64,000 bases of DNA from Raillietiella orientalis (lineage: Eukaryota): NCBI GenBank assembly GCA_036172245.1, contig JAYWIR010000053.1:558001-622000 (forward strand), read 5' to 3'. Positions 35,611 to 48,300 of this stretch are shown here, piece after piece. Below the pieces are notes generated by a model. The model worked only from the letters and a program-made list of their open reading frames with translations. It was not told the origin of the DNA and did no database searches. A program made the translations under genes and the position numbers. Position 1 is the first letter of the stretch. Each line of letters begins with the position of its first letter.

Positions 35611-38600
35611 GAGACGCGCTGACTTGACCGCCAAAGCCCCAGGAAACGACTGATCGTCCACGGAGAACCGGAAAGATTTCGCCGATCCCAGCAGGAGGCT
35701 GCCAGCGACGGTGCGATCTGCTCCGCCGTGAGGAAAAGCAGACGCTGGGAGGTGTTGCGAAGGAGCTGGGAGAAGAGGAAAAACAGAATAGAAGGGAAGG
35801 ATGTGAAGCCGAGGAGCGTTCGGGAAACCGAATCCGCGGATCCCGCGCTCCCCAGACAGCTGTAGCTCCATTAATCTTGAAATGGAATCTGCTCTGGCCT
35901 GCGTCCCTCCACCTGAGAGACGAGCACGGTGCGGCACACGCCCACCAGCCCTGTGTCGACCCGCTCGTCCGCTCGCCAGGGATGAAAGCGCAGAGAATCC
36001 CGCGAGAACGGTCGAAGAGTTCGATCTCACAAGATGGCCGCCAACAGCGTTGCGGGGAAGAGTAGAAGGAAATTCCCAGAGAACAGTCCCTGGGCGACTC
36101 TTCTTTCGGCCGGTGGGGAGCCCCTCCAGGAGGTAGGGGGAGAGGGGGGATGTCTGCTCTCCGTGGCGCTGGAAGTCGATCCTTTCGGAACCTCTTCCAG
36201 AAGGGTCGAATGCCGGCGTCTCCCGAGCGCACCGGACGGGTCTTGCCGCCGCAAGGGTTATCGGACGACTGTGCGGATCCGCGCTTCCCTCAAGGGGCGA
36301 AGAACGCAGGCTGCGTCGCCGCTGGCATGAGCAGCCGCTCGCCGAGCAGCAGCGGGTTTTCACCGATGCCTGAATCCGTAGCGGGCCGCAGCTTCGTATG
36401 CGACAGACGTCGACGCCTCGAATCGAAGATGCCCGTTGGCCGATTTCCTTAATGACCTCCTTAACTGACATGGAAAAGCCGAACAGTCGACCAGTGGCGT
36501 TCGATATAACCGGAATTCAACCGCAGAGGCGAAGCGGAAGATAAAGACCCCATCTTATCTTTTTTCCGCGGCTTTTTTGCGGCAAGAGCAGGAACGCCTT
36601 CACTGGCTCCCATCAAGAAAGCTTCTCGGGGTCCGAGCAGAATGGCGCACGTCCCACCGAGCATCCTGGTCCCAGGAGGGGCGTCCGCACAGGTTTACCG
36701 CGCATCGCGCGGTGGAGTCGGAAGCAAAAACACGTTCACGGTGAAGAGCGCACGGGCTTCGGCGTGCTGCTGCTTTTTGGACTGCTTTTTTTCGTCGTTG
36801 TGCACACTTGTGGCTCCTCCAGAACATCCGGCGCAGTAGCAGATCCTCTCGCGCGCAACCCGAAGTCATTCCGTCGCGAAAGAGCCAACATCCTCGACGA
36901 AATGAAGGATGGCACCGACGAAGACGACTCACCGGACAAGTCCGCCAACCGCTACGACATCTGCAACGTGAACCTGCTGGCGGATTGGCCCGGCAACGAC
37001 GCGGAGGAGCGACCTAGCACCGCATGCTCAGGATGACCTCCTGACTCGGCAGTCCACGAAGGCTCCCTGATGAAACACGGGGCAGAGGAACTCTGCAAGG
37101 GCCGTGGAGACAGGGAAACCCGGACCCACGTTTTCACCCCCCCGGCGCTGCGCCAGGATTGGACGCCGCCGCAAGCGGTGATCGACCCGCAGGCGAAGAT
37201 CAAGGTGGAGATCTAGGCAGGAACCGATGTTCCCCGATGCGATCCCGTGGTCCGCGCTATCGACACCGCCCCTTTCATCGCGAGCACCGCGACAAGAAGC
37301 GCAAAGTTGCGGAACACCCACGCACGAGTGCCTGCGACCAGCATCCTTCGAGGAGCGCGCCGAAGAGGAGAACGGGGGGTCAGGAACTGTGGCACGGCAC
37401 CCGCATGGACATTACCGCTGCATCTTGAAGAAGATGGCGGATGCCTCCCCAGTGAATGGACTGCCCACAGCATCCCGGTGATCCCCTTCCACAGAAGGGA
37501 AGGAATCTCCAGAGTGAACGATGTCTTGAAGTGTTGTGTGCGGGAACACTCGATCACCCCCAAAGCGTCTGCGAAACGGGTTGTCTGCGTTCCCAAAAGG
37601 CATTCCATGAATTCCTCCCTTCGCGATTCGAACTGGGGACAATCTTCTCCTTTAAAAGTAAAAAAAAAATAAGTGCCAAGGAAAGGTAGCGGGCGGTCAT
37701 TCTTCATGAGCACCCAAACTCGGATCCTCTAGGAATGCAGGAAACTTTTCCAGACTTAGTTGCTGCGCCAGACGACTGCTGACATAAGGTGAATCCGACT
37801 GGAAAAATTCAAAGACGAGAGCGCAGTGAAGAATCCAACTCCTGAAAGCTTTTGGTATTCGAAGATCTACAGAGGACCTGTAGCCTTAAGCGCCTCACCA
37901 ACGTCAAAGGCTGCGAATAAATTGCTCCCTTCTTAGGTTGACTTGGCTCCGCAACCGACCCCCCTTTTCTGCATCTATCACAAAGTCGCAGCGTCTCGAG
38001 GATTTGTGGTTTGGGGAAGAAACAGAGGATAAAATGGATGCGGACGAGACCTTTCCTGAATCTTACTTGGACCTCTGAAATGACCGAGGAAACAGAAAGC
38101 TGCTTGCTGCTGCAGCCCGCGAATAGCCTCCACGTTGCGGGTGTGGGAATTCTGCAAGAATCGTTGGAGGGTGACACAGCTGTCTTCACTTAATGTACTC
38201 ATCAACGTGTTGGGTGGTCCCTTCACCCCTCTCCAAGACAGCGCTCAACCGTTTTCAGGAACATGACTCCCCACCCCTCTTGAACGTCTGATGGATGCCC
38301 AGTGCAGTGCCAGGACAACAGGAACACCCACATGTCCTGAGGGTTAGAAGAGAGATGGCCTGGTACAGTGGTGACTGCCAAGAGGAACTGGGACTGCTGG
38401 CTTGCATGCAAACAAGTACATCGAGACGATGTGGCCGTTGAAAAACCAACTGACGTCCGGGGCGAACCGCCCTCCGCCCGTGAAGCCGGAAGAGTGGGGT
38501 CAAGACCGACAGAGCAATGCACGCGGATACCTCGGTAAAGAGGACGCCGACGGGACGGGGGACGCGGGCGAACTTTGCAGTGATGAACTTGCTCGGTGCT

Positions 38601-39140
38601 CATCCCCCTTCCTCCCAAACAGTACGGCGGTGTACACGCGCTAAGAGGGGTCAGGTGTCAAAGACCGTCGCGGGCGGCAACACCTCCGGGCAAGGATTCT
38701 TCCGCCACTTCTCCCCGCCGCCGAACCGCGGATTCTTCGGGAAATGCACCTCCCCGGGAAATGACCGCCCGTCCCCTAGGCCCCAAAACTGCCAGCTTCC
38801 GCTCTCAAAAAGGAGGGCCCGGTGGGGAGGAGCCCTGGCTGCCCGCGGCACCGAAGCGCCCCGCTTTCGTGGTTCTGGGAAAAAATCCAAGAGGCACAGG
38901 GAGGCAGCCCTTTGACAGGGGTCCTGAAACAAATCTCCGCCGTCTGTGGGTCTGCCTGTGTGTTCTGCATTGTTTGGGGAACACGTGGGGGAATCCGTGT
39001 TTTTTATTATTCGGCCGGAACCCGCAGTCAGAGCGCGAAGGCAGCAACAAAGCGGGAGGTCCAAAGTACTGCTGCCGTCGTGGTGAGGCAGACCCACGCC
39101 GCGTGACCAGTGGAAGGGCAAGAGGAGATGAGGGGTTTAC

Positions 39141-39610
39141 GGGCCGCGGAGTCCTGAGCGGGGCCGTGAGAATCCGCGTGTCCCGTCGCCGCTGACTCCG
39201 GCACCTCGTCGTCCTTGGGGGCCACTTCGGACAGGCTGAGGTCATCAAAGGAGACGTTGACCTGGTAAGCCTTTCCCTCCGTATGGAACATGGAAGGGGC
39301 GGGACCCTCTGGAAAGCAAAGACATTCACCCGAGAGCTCAGAGCCAAGGGGGGGCGGCCGCGAAAGAACGGCGCGAGATCGTCAGGCGGGGTGCGGAGCG
39401 AACACCGCACCTTGGTTGCTCCCTCCACCTCCTTACCTGTTGCCATGGGCACGTCCTTATTGTCCACGTGCGGCTGCTTCTCCTCTGGGAAGGGGGTGAC
39501 GGCCCTTTCCTTGGTTTCTGCGATCTCGTGCTCCTTGCTTTCCGGGGTATGGCGCTCGTCGACATCGGATACCTTCGTCATGCTCTCCTCGAGCTGCGAC
39601 GGGTCCGCCT
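39141..39610 (-). CDS. Two symmetric phase-1 exons encoding acidic/proline-rich low-complexity sequence; host gene unidentified
   Basis: Exons 39610-39437 (174 nt) and 39308-39141 (168 nt), AG/GT bounded, join in frame: EADPSQLEESMTKVSDVDERHTPESKEHE...MATEGPAPSMFHTEGKAYQVNVSFDDLSLSEVAPKDDEVPE. Confidence 0.45.
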
Positions 39611-40218
39611 CTGGTCAGATTCGAACGCGGGGTCAGCACGGGGTTTGGGGAATCCTTGGTCAGCCCGTTCCCGACAGCGGAGGATTGTGCTTCTCCCGGG
39701 AGACCACCACACCGGCCCATTCGATTCGGAAACCCCCGCACGCGGAGAGCCAGTCCTAGAAGGGCAGCAACCTTTTCCCGACCGGGAAAGGAGGCTGCCG
39801 GGCGGGGTGCAGAGCACCCCATGCGAGCACGCGCGGGACGCCACCCTCGACGCCGGAAGCAGACTCCTCTGCTAATCGGCCGGGTACGGATCACCACCAT
39901 TGGGGACATTCGTGCGCGAACCGCCTTATTCCGTACACCGCTGCTGAGAAAGAGCGCCCGAGGCGGCGGCTTCTGGTGGCGACGGTGGTTGGTTCCGACT
40001 TCTCGGGCTTGGACAGTTAAGTTCCTTCGTGCCCGATCCTTGAGAAACAAACCGGAAAACAAGTCCAAACCAACGCCACGGCCGCCAGAGTCTCCTCGGG
40101 TGTCTCCGTGGTCACAGGCAACCGCGCCGTTACCACGGATACTTTGTGGATGCTTTCAACAGGAATTTTCTTAAGGTGCACCAAAAAGTTTTCTTTCTTT
40201 CTTTCTTTCTTTTTTTTT

Positions 40219-40891
40219 TTAACCCCTAGCGTGCCATGGACTCATGTACGGGTTCGGCGAAAATTATCGGCGTGGACTATGGGCTCATATATGAGTTTGA
40301 TAAATGTTTTTACCTTGTACACGCGACATAAGTTAATACCATCCGTGTTTGAGATGGAAGCATACGCTTACGTTCTTATCGTTCCCTTAGCAACGACAGT
40401 AAGCAAAATTTTATTTATATAGGCTTACGATTCACGGTTTCCCTCGGTGTCGTACATAATTTATTATATTGTTTTTTATCTTTGTGATATCTTAGAAACG
40501 TCGAATAATCTTGAGGAGATTATTATCATAATAAGAGACGACAGTGAAATAGATGAAGAGTCGGATTCGAATGAAGAATAGGAAGATGAAATTGAGAGAA
40601 CATCCCTGTTTTTCACCGCCATCTGATTCTGAAGGTATGAAAAGCATTATAGATAAGGGAACAGCCAAATATACATAAAAAAAATTTAAAAATTTAGGTT
40701 TGGGAAGAATAAAAATATTTTATTGAATGTGGTGTAAGTCAACAATTATAACAGTAACTTTAATTAGCACTTTATGTGGTCAGTTACCTCGATCGAGTAA
40801 GCGCGACGCGAAAAACGATCATTCCTTCCAAATGCGACTGTGCCGACAACACGACGTTTACATCTGATGAGCTCCGCACCCAACGGGTTAA
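40219..40891. mobile_element. Non-autonomous piggyBac-like DNA transposon
   Basis: TTAA at both ends (40219-22, 40888-91); imperfect TIRs CCCCTAGCGTGC / CCCGTTGGGTGC; internal acidic remnant (RDDSEIDEESDSNEE) like piggyBac transposase N-termini. Confidence 0.7.
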
Positions 40892-41184
40892 AAAAAAAAA
40901 AAAAAAAAAAAAATGCCCAACGGCTCAAAGATGGAACAAGAAAAATTCACCGTAGCACTCCCCAAGCCGCCTCGCAAGAAGAACGATAAGCACAGCATGG
41001 ATGCGACATGCGAGATAAGAGCGCGCGACCCTAGTGACCATGGGGCGCGAAGGAGAGGATTCCTCCAAGTCTGAAGACTTGGAGGAAGGGATTTCGACGG
41101 CTATCTGAGAGAGCGTTGCTGGCCATCGGCCTCGAGGGCAAGTGTCCGGCACAGTTGCAGCTAAGTACTCAGGAACCATGAGCT

Positions 41185-41772
41185 CACAACTCTTGGAACA
41201 CCGCCCACTCAACCGGAGGGTGCCTGTGACTCTTCAAGTTGGGGGGCAAGCTCGGAGGGACGGCTTTATGAATCCAGAAAGGCTCTGGAGGAAGGAGTCC
41301 GTTCCTCTAACGCTTGGGAGGGAACGCTCGCCCTGGTTGTCTCCGGAGGGACACCCAGGAGAGGGCCAATACTCGTTCCACCTCTGAAGGGAACCCGGAA
41401 AAGATCCGCTTCTGAATTTCCTTTCCAAAGGGAACCCGCAAGGGAACCGCTCCATGAGCTGTCCTGGAAGGACCCCGCAGTCGACGGGGGCATCTGGGGG
41501 TTTCCGGATCCCACGAGTGCTGCACCCGAAGCCATCCGAGGCTAACCAGCGCCATTCTGCGAGGGGACTCGAAACCCACGACGCACCCATTTCTCCAGAC
41601 TGCCTTGCGCACGGGCAGTATCGTAGGCGAGGAAGGCGACTGAGCCGCGATTATTGCTAGTTGAAAACTTTACCGATCTCTCTCGGCGTTGTCCCTTCCT
41701 CGGGTAGGATTCGAACCCGCGACATTTGATGCCAACGCGCAGGCCGCAGCTTCACGGCTGCCAACGCGGGCC
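41185..41772 (-). mobile_element. tRNA-derived SINE copy (head and most of body)
   Basis: Head GGCCCGCGTTGGCAGCCGTGAAGCTGCGGCC...GGTTCGAATCC starts at 41772; body matches 3340-4047 with an internal deletion. Confidence 0.75.
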
Positions 41773-42768
41773 GTGTGGCTACAGTGAGACTTCCTTTTTT
41801 TTTTTTTTTTTTTTTTTTAAGAGCAAAAGAAAAAAAAATCGGCAAGAACTCAGTCAAAAACAGACAAGGAAACTCAGATGCTACCACATCTCGAGTCCTG
41901 AACTGCCGGGCGAAACGTGAACGGCTAATGGAGGGTTCCAATGGCACAAAGACGCAGATGACGTGGAACGCGACGAGGAGGAACCGTTGCTCAAGAAGTT
42001 CTCCGCGGTCAGTATCATTCAGAAGCAATAACGTGTTACCGAACTGACTGGAGGTCACTTACCGGACACGGTCAGCTTCCCAATGATCTGGCTCGTGTGG
42101 TAGGAGCTCAGAACTTCGCATGTGTATTCTCCCGACGTGGCAGCCGAAGATCCGAGGAGTGTTATGCTTTTGTCGTTAGACCTATCCTCCTAAAAAAGCA
42201 AAAGACCCTGACATGTCCACAATGGTGCAAGCGTTCGCGAGATAAACGTCCGGATGCGACTGCAGCACACGTTTTCCGCGTTCGAAAGTCACTTCCGGTA
42301 GAGCCAAGGAGTGTGCACAGAACTCAAAGGTGATCCGCCCAGGGCGTCGCGGAGTCCCGCGTTCACCACATGCGAAAGACCTTCGCGAGAAGGATTTTCC
42401 TGCTGACTGTCAGCCTGACACAAACCCGGACGCTGGATGTTACGTTGATCCACGCCAGGAGCACTGTCACAAGGACAGGAATGCACGATCCCGGGAGAAC
42501 TGCCATCCCTCCCAAGATCAACCCTATGTGCGAGGAAACGACGCATTTGAATCCGGATGGGGCGTTCGAAAGAAAAAGTCTAGGGGTGGACCGAAGGCGT
42601 CGCACGCGAATGAGTCCCTGTCCTAGCACGGTCTTGCAGATTATCAGTTCACAACCAGGAGACGCACAGGAGACCTCGCCATGGACTGGAATCTGATCGC
42701 CGCCGTAACATCCACTTGCGAGGAAACGCAGGTGTGCCGAGGTCACGTGGCGGTGTTCTAAGGCAAAC

Positions 42769-43400
42769 TGCGGCCCGACGAAGAGGCTGGCTGCCCGCCG
42801 CCGAGGTGGATCATCATCACCCCGCAGCACCGCGAGGCGACATCCGCCTCCACACGCGCGCGCGGAACGAGGGGATGCAGCACGGGGATCACCTCGAAAA
42901 CGGTCCATCACTCTTTCCCAGGCAAAATTCCTCCATTCCCTCTCGGCTTCACGTCACGCCGAATGGGGGCGGTGCCGCGACGACGCTCATTCCCAGTCGC
43001 ACCGACGAGTTTTCGGGAATGAGCGCGCGCGGCTCCCGAGAAGTGCTGCTGCGAGTCCGCAAAACCAGCCACGAACCTCTCCGGCCTGTACGTACATTTG
43101 TACTAAGAAACGCGGGTGCACGCATGCGTCCGCAGGCTATTTACAAGTCTGGCAACAAGTCTTCGTATCTATAGTGTTCACGGGTCGGGAAGGGTCCACG
43201 CCGCGTGCGCACATACGGAAACGTCCCATCTCAGCGACGTGTTGCACATCTTCGAAATTTGGCATATTTCAGCCGCTCGGGAGGGAAAAACGCTTGGTAC
43301 CACCGCGGAGAACCTTCTGGAAGAGGAGAGCAGCTCTACGAATAATGGCAATGGGCTCTACAATTGGTCGACGAGAGTGACGTCAGGGACGGAAGGCGGA
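42769..43400 (+). repeat. 632-bp direct repeat, copy A
   Basis: Near-identical to 54154-54785 (only a few substitutions seen); the ORF track shows the same peptides. Confidence 0.95.
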
Positions 43401-43859
43401 AGGGTTGTGCATGCGTGTCCAGAGCACTGGTACAGAAACGACTTGTCCGCCACGTGCGACAAGGAAAATCACAAGAGATCCGTGACAGCAAGGCAAGCAA
43501 ACCGGAATGGGGACGGCGTGGATGTGTACGATCCCCTCTGTTTTGGCAGCGTTGCAAGCGTGGTACGGTGGATGGCCCCACTTTGTGGCCTCGCCAGGGG
43601 ACCGCGAGCTCACGTCGATTCATTAACATGAAAACACGAGACAGAGCAGGAAAGAAAAAAAAAAAAAAAAAAAAACGAAGGATTTCTGGGGCGCTCCGTT
43701 CCTTTCTCCCCCTCCCCCCTCTCCTCCCTTCCTTGTGGGATTTGCATGGGACCAGTTGTTCCGGGTTCGTGACTTGTCATTGTAAATGCACCTCCTAAAC
43801 TAAGCGGATCGTTTGGTTACTTGGATCACTGATAACTTCGCATGGAACACCACCACGAC

Positions 43860-44110
43860 TGAGCAACAACTGACGGATTGGGATCCCAGCCCGGTGCGCT
43901 TGGTTTGGTTGGACAACCTTTGGCTTGGTTCAGGATGTCTCACATGCACTCTGCTACGTCCTTGTCCCGTTTCATGAAGCGTGTCCTGAACGTTCACCTT
44001 GCCCCTGTGATCGGCTCGTAAAACCCGACAGTCACCGGCCGCTACCCCGATCATCTCAAACATGCCCTACACATCCCGCTGGGAAACTGCATTTTCCATC
44101 TTTTCACCGA
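43860..44110 (-). mobile_element. Degenerate Ty1/Copia integrase fragment
   Basis: QRDV*GMFEMIGVAAGDCRVLRADHRGKVNV then (frameshift) RFMKRDKDVAECM*DILNQAK resembles HxDVCGP...GGxRY...DDYSR...FMKxKSEV. Confidence 0.4.
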
Positions 44111-45109
44111 CAAAGCGACTCCCTAAACTCTTTGGCTTGGGCAAGCTTCTCCGCAATTCCGAGTTGTAATGGAACCCTCCATCACAGCCAAAGGGCAGAA
44201 CATATATAGAGTGAAGAACGCGAAAAAATTCCGCAACAAGGTCCCTTCACTTTGATCCTAGCCAAAAGGCCGAGATGCTTGCCGAGTCCACAAAATGGCG
44301 CTCACACCGGGATGCGCTCCAGAGATCAAGTAGCCAACCTTCTGAGACAATGGCATGTGGCACTACCACAGTGGATCGTCCTTGCAGGCACCTCCTCACA
44401 AAGATGGCGCCACAGACCCCCTTTCCCCCAGTTGCTTTGCTTCCACTCAGGGTTACCACGGCAGCAGAAAACTTGAAGTTCGCCATCCGCCGTGAAAACA
44501 GCTGCCGAAAAAAAAAAATAAAAATCAAACAAAGGCGGAAGGTTACATGGATGCCCTCGATGATCTTTTCTACGAGTACTCTATGTACCAGCATTCCTGC
44601 ACTTCCCAGTCCCCCAGTCAGCGCACGCCAGGCAGCGCGATCCGCCGGAGATGCCGTGCTCTTGCCAAGGAAATTTAGGTGACAAACATCCTGCCCACAA
44701 CCGCAGCCGTTCTGCTCCCTACGCCCACGCATGTGGCACGTCGGCGCTTGCAAGCGGGAAGAGCGGAATGCAGGGAGACCATCGTCTTCCCGGCTCCAAG
44801 CTTGCTACGAGGAGCGCAGAAATGGTCCCATCTGTCGGAGGGAGCCAGGAGCGGGATTCCCGTATTAAGCGCCAATTCTCCAGAGAGAGAGAGAGAGAGA
44901 GATCTGGGATCCGGTGGGGTTTTCTCCCCACCCTTTCGCGCCAAATATTTATCATTATTTTATTTACGGCCGCCCTCCTGCTCCTTCCCGCCTCCCCAGG
45001 GCTGTCCCTAGTGGATGCGTGTAATTGCACTTCGGGAAGCAACCCGTCTGGCAGGGATTCTCCAGGGAGTTTCTGACTCATTTGTTTGTTTGTACGTAAG
45101 TTTTACGTA

Positions 45110-45369
45110 TGTAAGCTAGCGTCCCGACGTGGCCGGGTAAACGGCATGCAGAATCCTAAAAACAAGAGCCAATATACAGGACCGGATCGGATGCACTGAG
45201 AGGGCGTTTCAACACACACAACATAGTATACAATATGTATATATATATAAACAAGGGTAAGTGCACAAGGTTGGAAGCACTGAGAGGGCGCTGAAGGTGC
45301 CTCGTGGGCTTCAGTGTTTTTAGAATTCTGCATGATGTCTACCAGGCCACACCAGGACGCTTGCTTACA
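45110..45369. mobile_element. MITE with ~55-bp imperfect terminal inverted repeats
   Basis: tgtaagctagcgtcccgacgtggccgggtaaacggcatgcagaatcctaaaaaca pairs with tgtttttagaattctgcatgatgtctaccaggccacaccaggacgcttgcttaca; internal gcactgagagggcg occurs twice. Confidence 0.8.
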
Positions 45370-48300
45370 CAAGTGAAAATTATATCATCCGCATATGTAT
45401 ACATGTGAATGATAATGTATGATCGTGTTCTTTCTCATATGCATAGATGCATACATACATACATACATATTCACTTATTTATGTTACACAGAAAAATATA
45501 TTTAAATGGAGATGGATATGAACATATAACTGCAAATATAACTATTTATAATTAACAATATATATTTATAGCAGGTAACTAAACGAGAAATCACCCAAAT
45601 GAGCGCATTTCCGGTGCACTCGTTTGACAGTTCTTCAGCTGATTGGGATGTTTCGACAGATTCCCGGTAGATGCGCTAGCACGCCTCGTCCGAGATCGCG
45701 GACGAGAGCGGGGGGGGGGAGCGACCTTGAAGTGATTCAACCGTTTGGACTCGTCCTAGGGAGAGATGGGAAGCCGGCTGGCTGCCCGGGAGAGTCTGCG
45801 AGAGGAGTCGCGGGGCCTCGCCTCCAGGCAGAAGGCGGACTCCTCCCGCGATCGTCGCGCGTTCGCCAGATCGCGCGCTCCCTGCCGTTCCCCTTCATGC
45901 CCGCGAGGGAACGGAAACCCGCACTCGGGAGATCGATTCCTCGGGCTCCGGGCAGGGGAGAAGCGATTCCCGGATAGACAGACGGGAGACTGCGCGGGGT
46001 CAGAGATATCCAGAAGGGGGCAGGAGCAAGCGAAAGAGGGAAGTCTGGCGGCTGCGGAGAGGCGTTCGCTCCGACGCTGCCACGCCGTTCTGCGCGCGGG
46101 GGAGGGGGGAGGGTGAAGAACAAGAAAGGGCGGTGCGCAGACTTCGTGCGATAGAAGCGCTTCGGTCGGTGACCTTGGCGCTAACGAACATCAGGTTCTA
46201 CTGTCTAGCGGACCCGAGGCAGCGATTCTCTCCGAAGACTCGGGATTCTGAGAGGATGCAAGGGTTCACAGATGGTGTCCGTACATGGGCAGTCTGCCAG
46301 GTTGCCCATGGGTTAGAAGGAAATAAGAAAAACAACAGGAGGAGGGGAAAGAAGAAGAAAAAGGGTGAAAGAGAGGAGGGGGAGGGAGTGTGTCATCTTG
46401 GCAGGTAGGCGGACCCTTGGGTTCGTTCTGGAGAACCTGGGAGAAGCCATTAAAGAAGTCCGAAGACCACAGGGTGTGTGCGGCATTCCAGAGGACTTCG
46501 GCACCTCCCCGCTGCGCGTGGCAGCCGAAAAGCAGACGGTCGCGATGCTTCGCAGCTCGGAAGGGAGGAGGAGACGCGAGCGCGAGGGGGTGGAATTTGC
46601 GGGGTCACAGTTTCCCCGGGTTCATCGAACTGTTTACTTGCATTCGAAGCCACAGAACCTGCTGCAGAGCTGGGGTCAGGGCTGAGCCTCCACGCGGAAT
46701 GCGCCCTTCGCCGGGGTCGAGAAGAACCGAAAGCAGGAAAAGAGCCAAGAAAGGCAAGGCAGCACGAGCCGTTTACTCCTACCCGAGCTGCCCGCAAGCA
46801 TTTTCCGGGAAGCGAGGGGCAAAAGACAAAAAAAAAAAAAAAATCTTGAGGTCATCGGCATTGCTCGGAGCAGACGCCCAAGACCTCCAATATCCCCGTT
46901 CGCCGGGGGCTCGACCCAACGTACGTGCCTTCAGGTCGAATCGGTGCGACGCCTATAAGTCCAAGGCTCCACGGGGACCTCAGACTTTTTTGTACTCCAT
47001 CGCTTACGAGTCACCCGTCGTCGTCACCTCTTGTCCGATCTCCTCTCTTACTCCCAACCCCGTGGTACTGATACTTCGTGGATGCTGCTTACTTATAGGC
47101 AGACCGCGATTGGTGCGGATCCCTTCAGGAGTCCGTCCAGACTCGAACCGAGGTTCAAGGGATGCGGGCTGGCGCATGTGCAGTCAGGACTGCCAGGTTC
47201 CCATCAGCCTTTAGATGCTGCCTTTTTGGTCTGAACTGTAGGCGGCTTGCTTTCCTTGTTCGGGAAGGCACCACCCCAAGAAAAGGGACGGGAGGGTGGT
47301 TTCTTCGCATCGGCAGGCTACAAGAGCCAGGAAGGAGGAGAGGCGAGTCACTGCGTTGGGGCATTGGTGTCGCGAGACGCGTCGGTAAGGAGCCTACGGA
47401 CGTATGAGTCAGGACCTGCAGAAAAGCAAAGGGGGGTGCGGTCCACTCTGCCAAAACGTCCCCAAAAGCAATCAAGATGCTCCTGTGGCCGTCAGATTGT
47501 CTTCGAGGAGAGAGCCCCATTCTCTTTTTTTTTTGCTTTCACTTGGCTCTGCAGCTACTCTGCGAGTTTGTCAGCAGCAAATTCAGTTTGCAGGTAGGTC
47601 CTTCTTCCGTTGTGGTGGTGTTTCTTCCACGAGCATGTGGAAACTACTTTTTAAGATTTTTTACTGCCTGGTTCCGTTCAGCTGCAACCAATTACATGCT
47701 TCATGTGTAATTACGTGTTCGAACAGCGCTACTGCCCGCGGCCTGCCCGTACCTGGGACCACACTCTTTCAGTTGCCCGGTACTAGTGACATCTAACCGC
47801 GAAGAGATGTACCTCCTGATGCGACAAGTCAGGACGCGGCATCCCTTCGAGATCAAAATCATTGCAGGTAACGCATCACCATTACGTTTTTCACAGATGC
47901 ATAAAAAATAAAATAAATGACGCACATGGAAGTACATCGCATGCATATACTGTCGTTGTCGTTTTCATCCACTCGGAGGAGGAGACATACGGGCGGAGCT
48001 GCTGAGAGAGGCCGCGACATCTCTGGACGAACCGTCGAAACGAAAGCGTTCGGACCGAACCTCCAGGGTCGGCTGCAGCCTGGAGTGGGCGATGAGGAGG
48101 CAGGAGGCTCGTTTGGGTGTCGACGTAGGCGTTGCTTGGGTCTGGAGCAAGCGGAGATTCGGGACATCCCGCGGGTCCTGCACTCGTGTTCTCACGCGAG
48201 CCGGCCGCCTATGAGGGCGGTTCCTCTTCCGCGCGGAAGTGCAGCAGCGCGCGAAACTGTCAACCGTCGCCTAATTCTACTGCCGCCGGCGCAATGCCTC

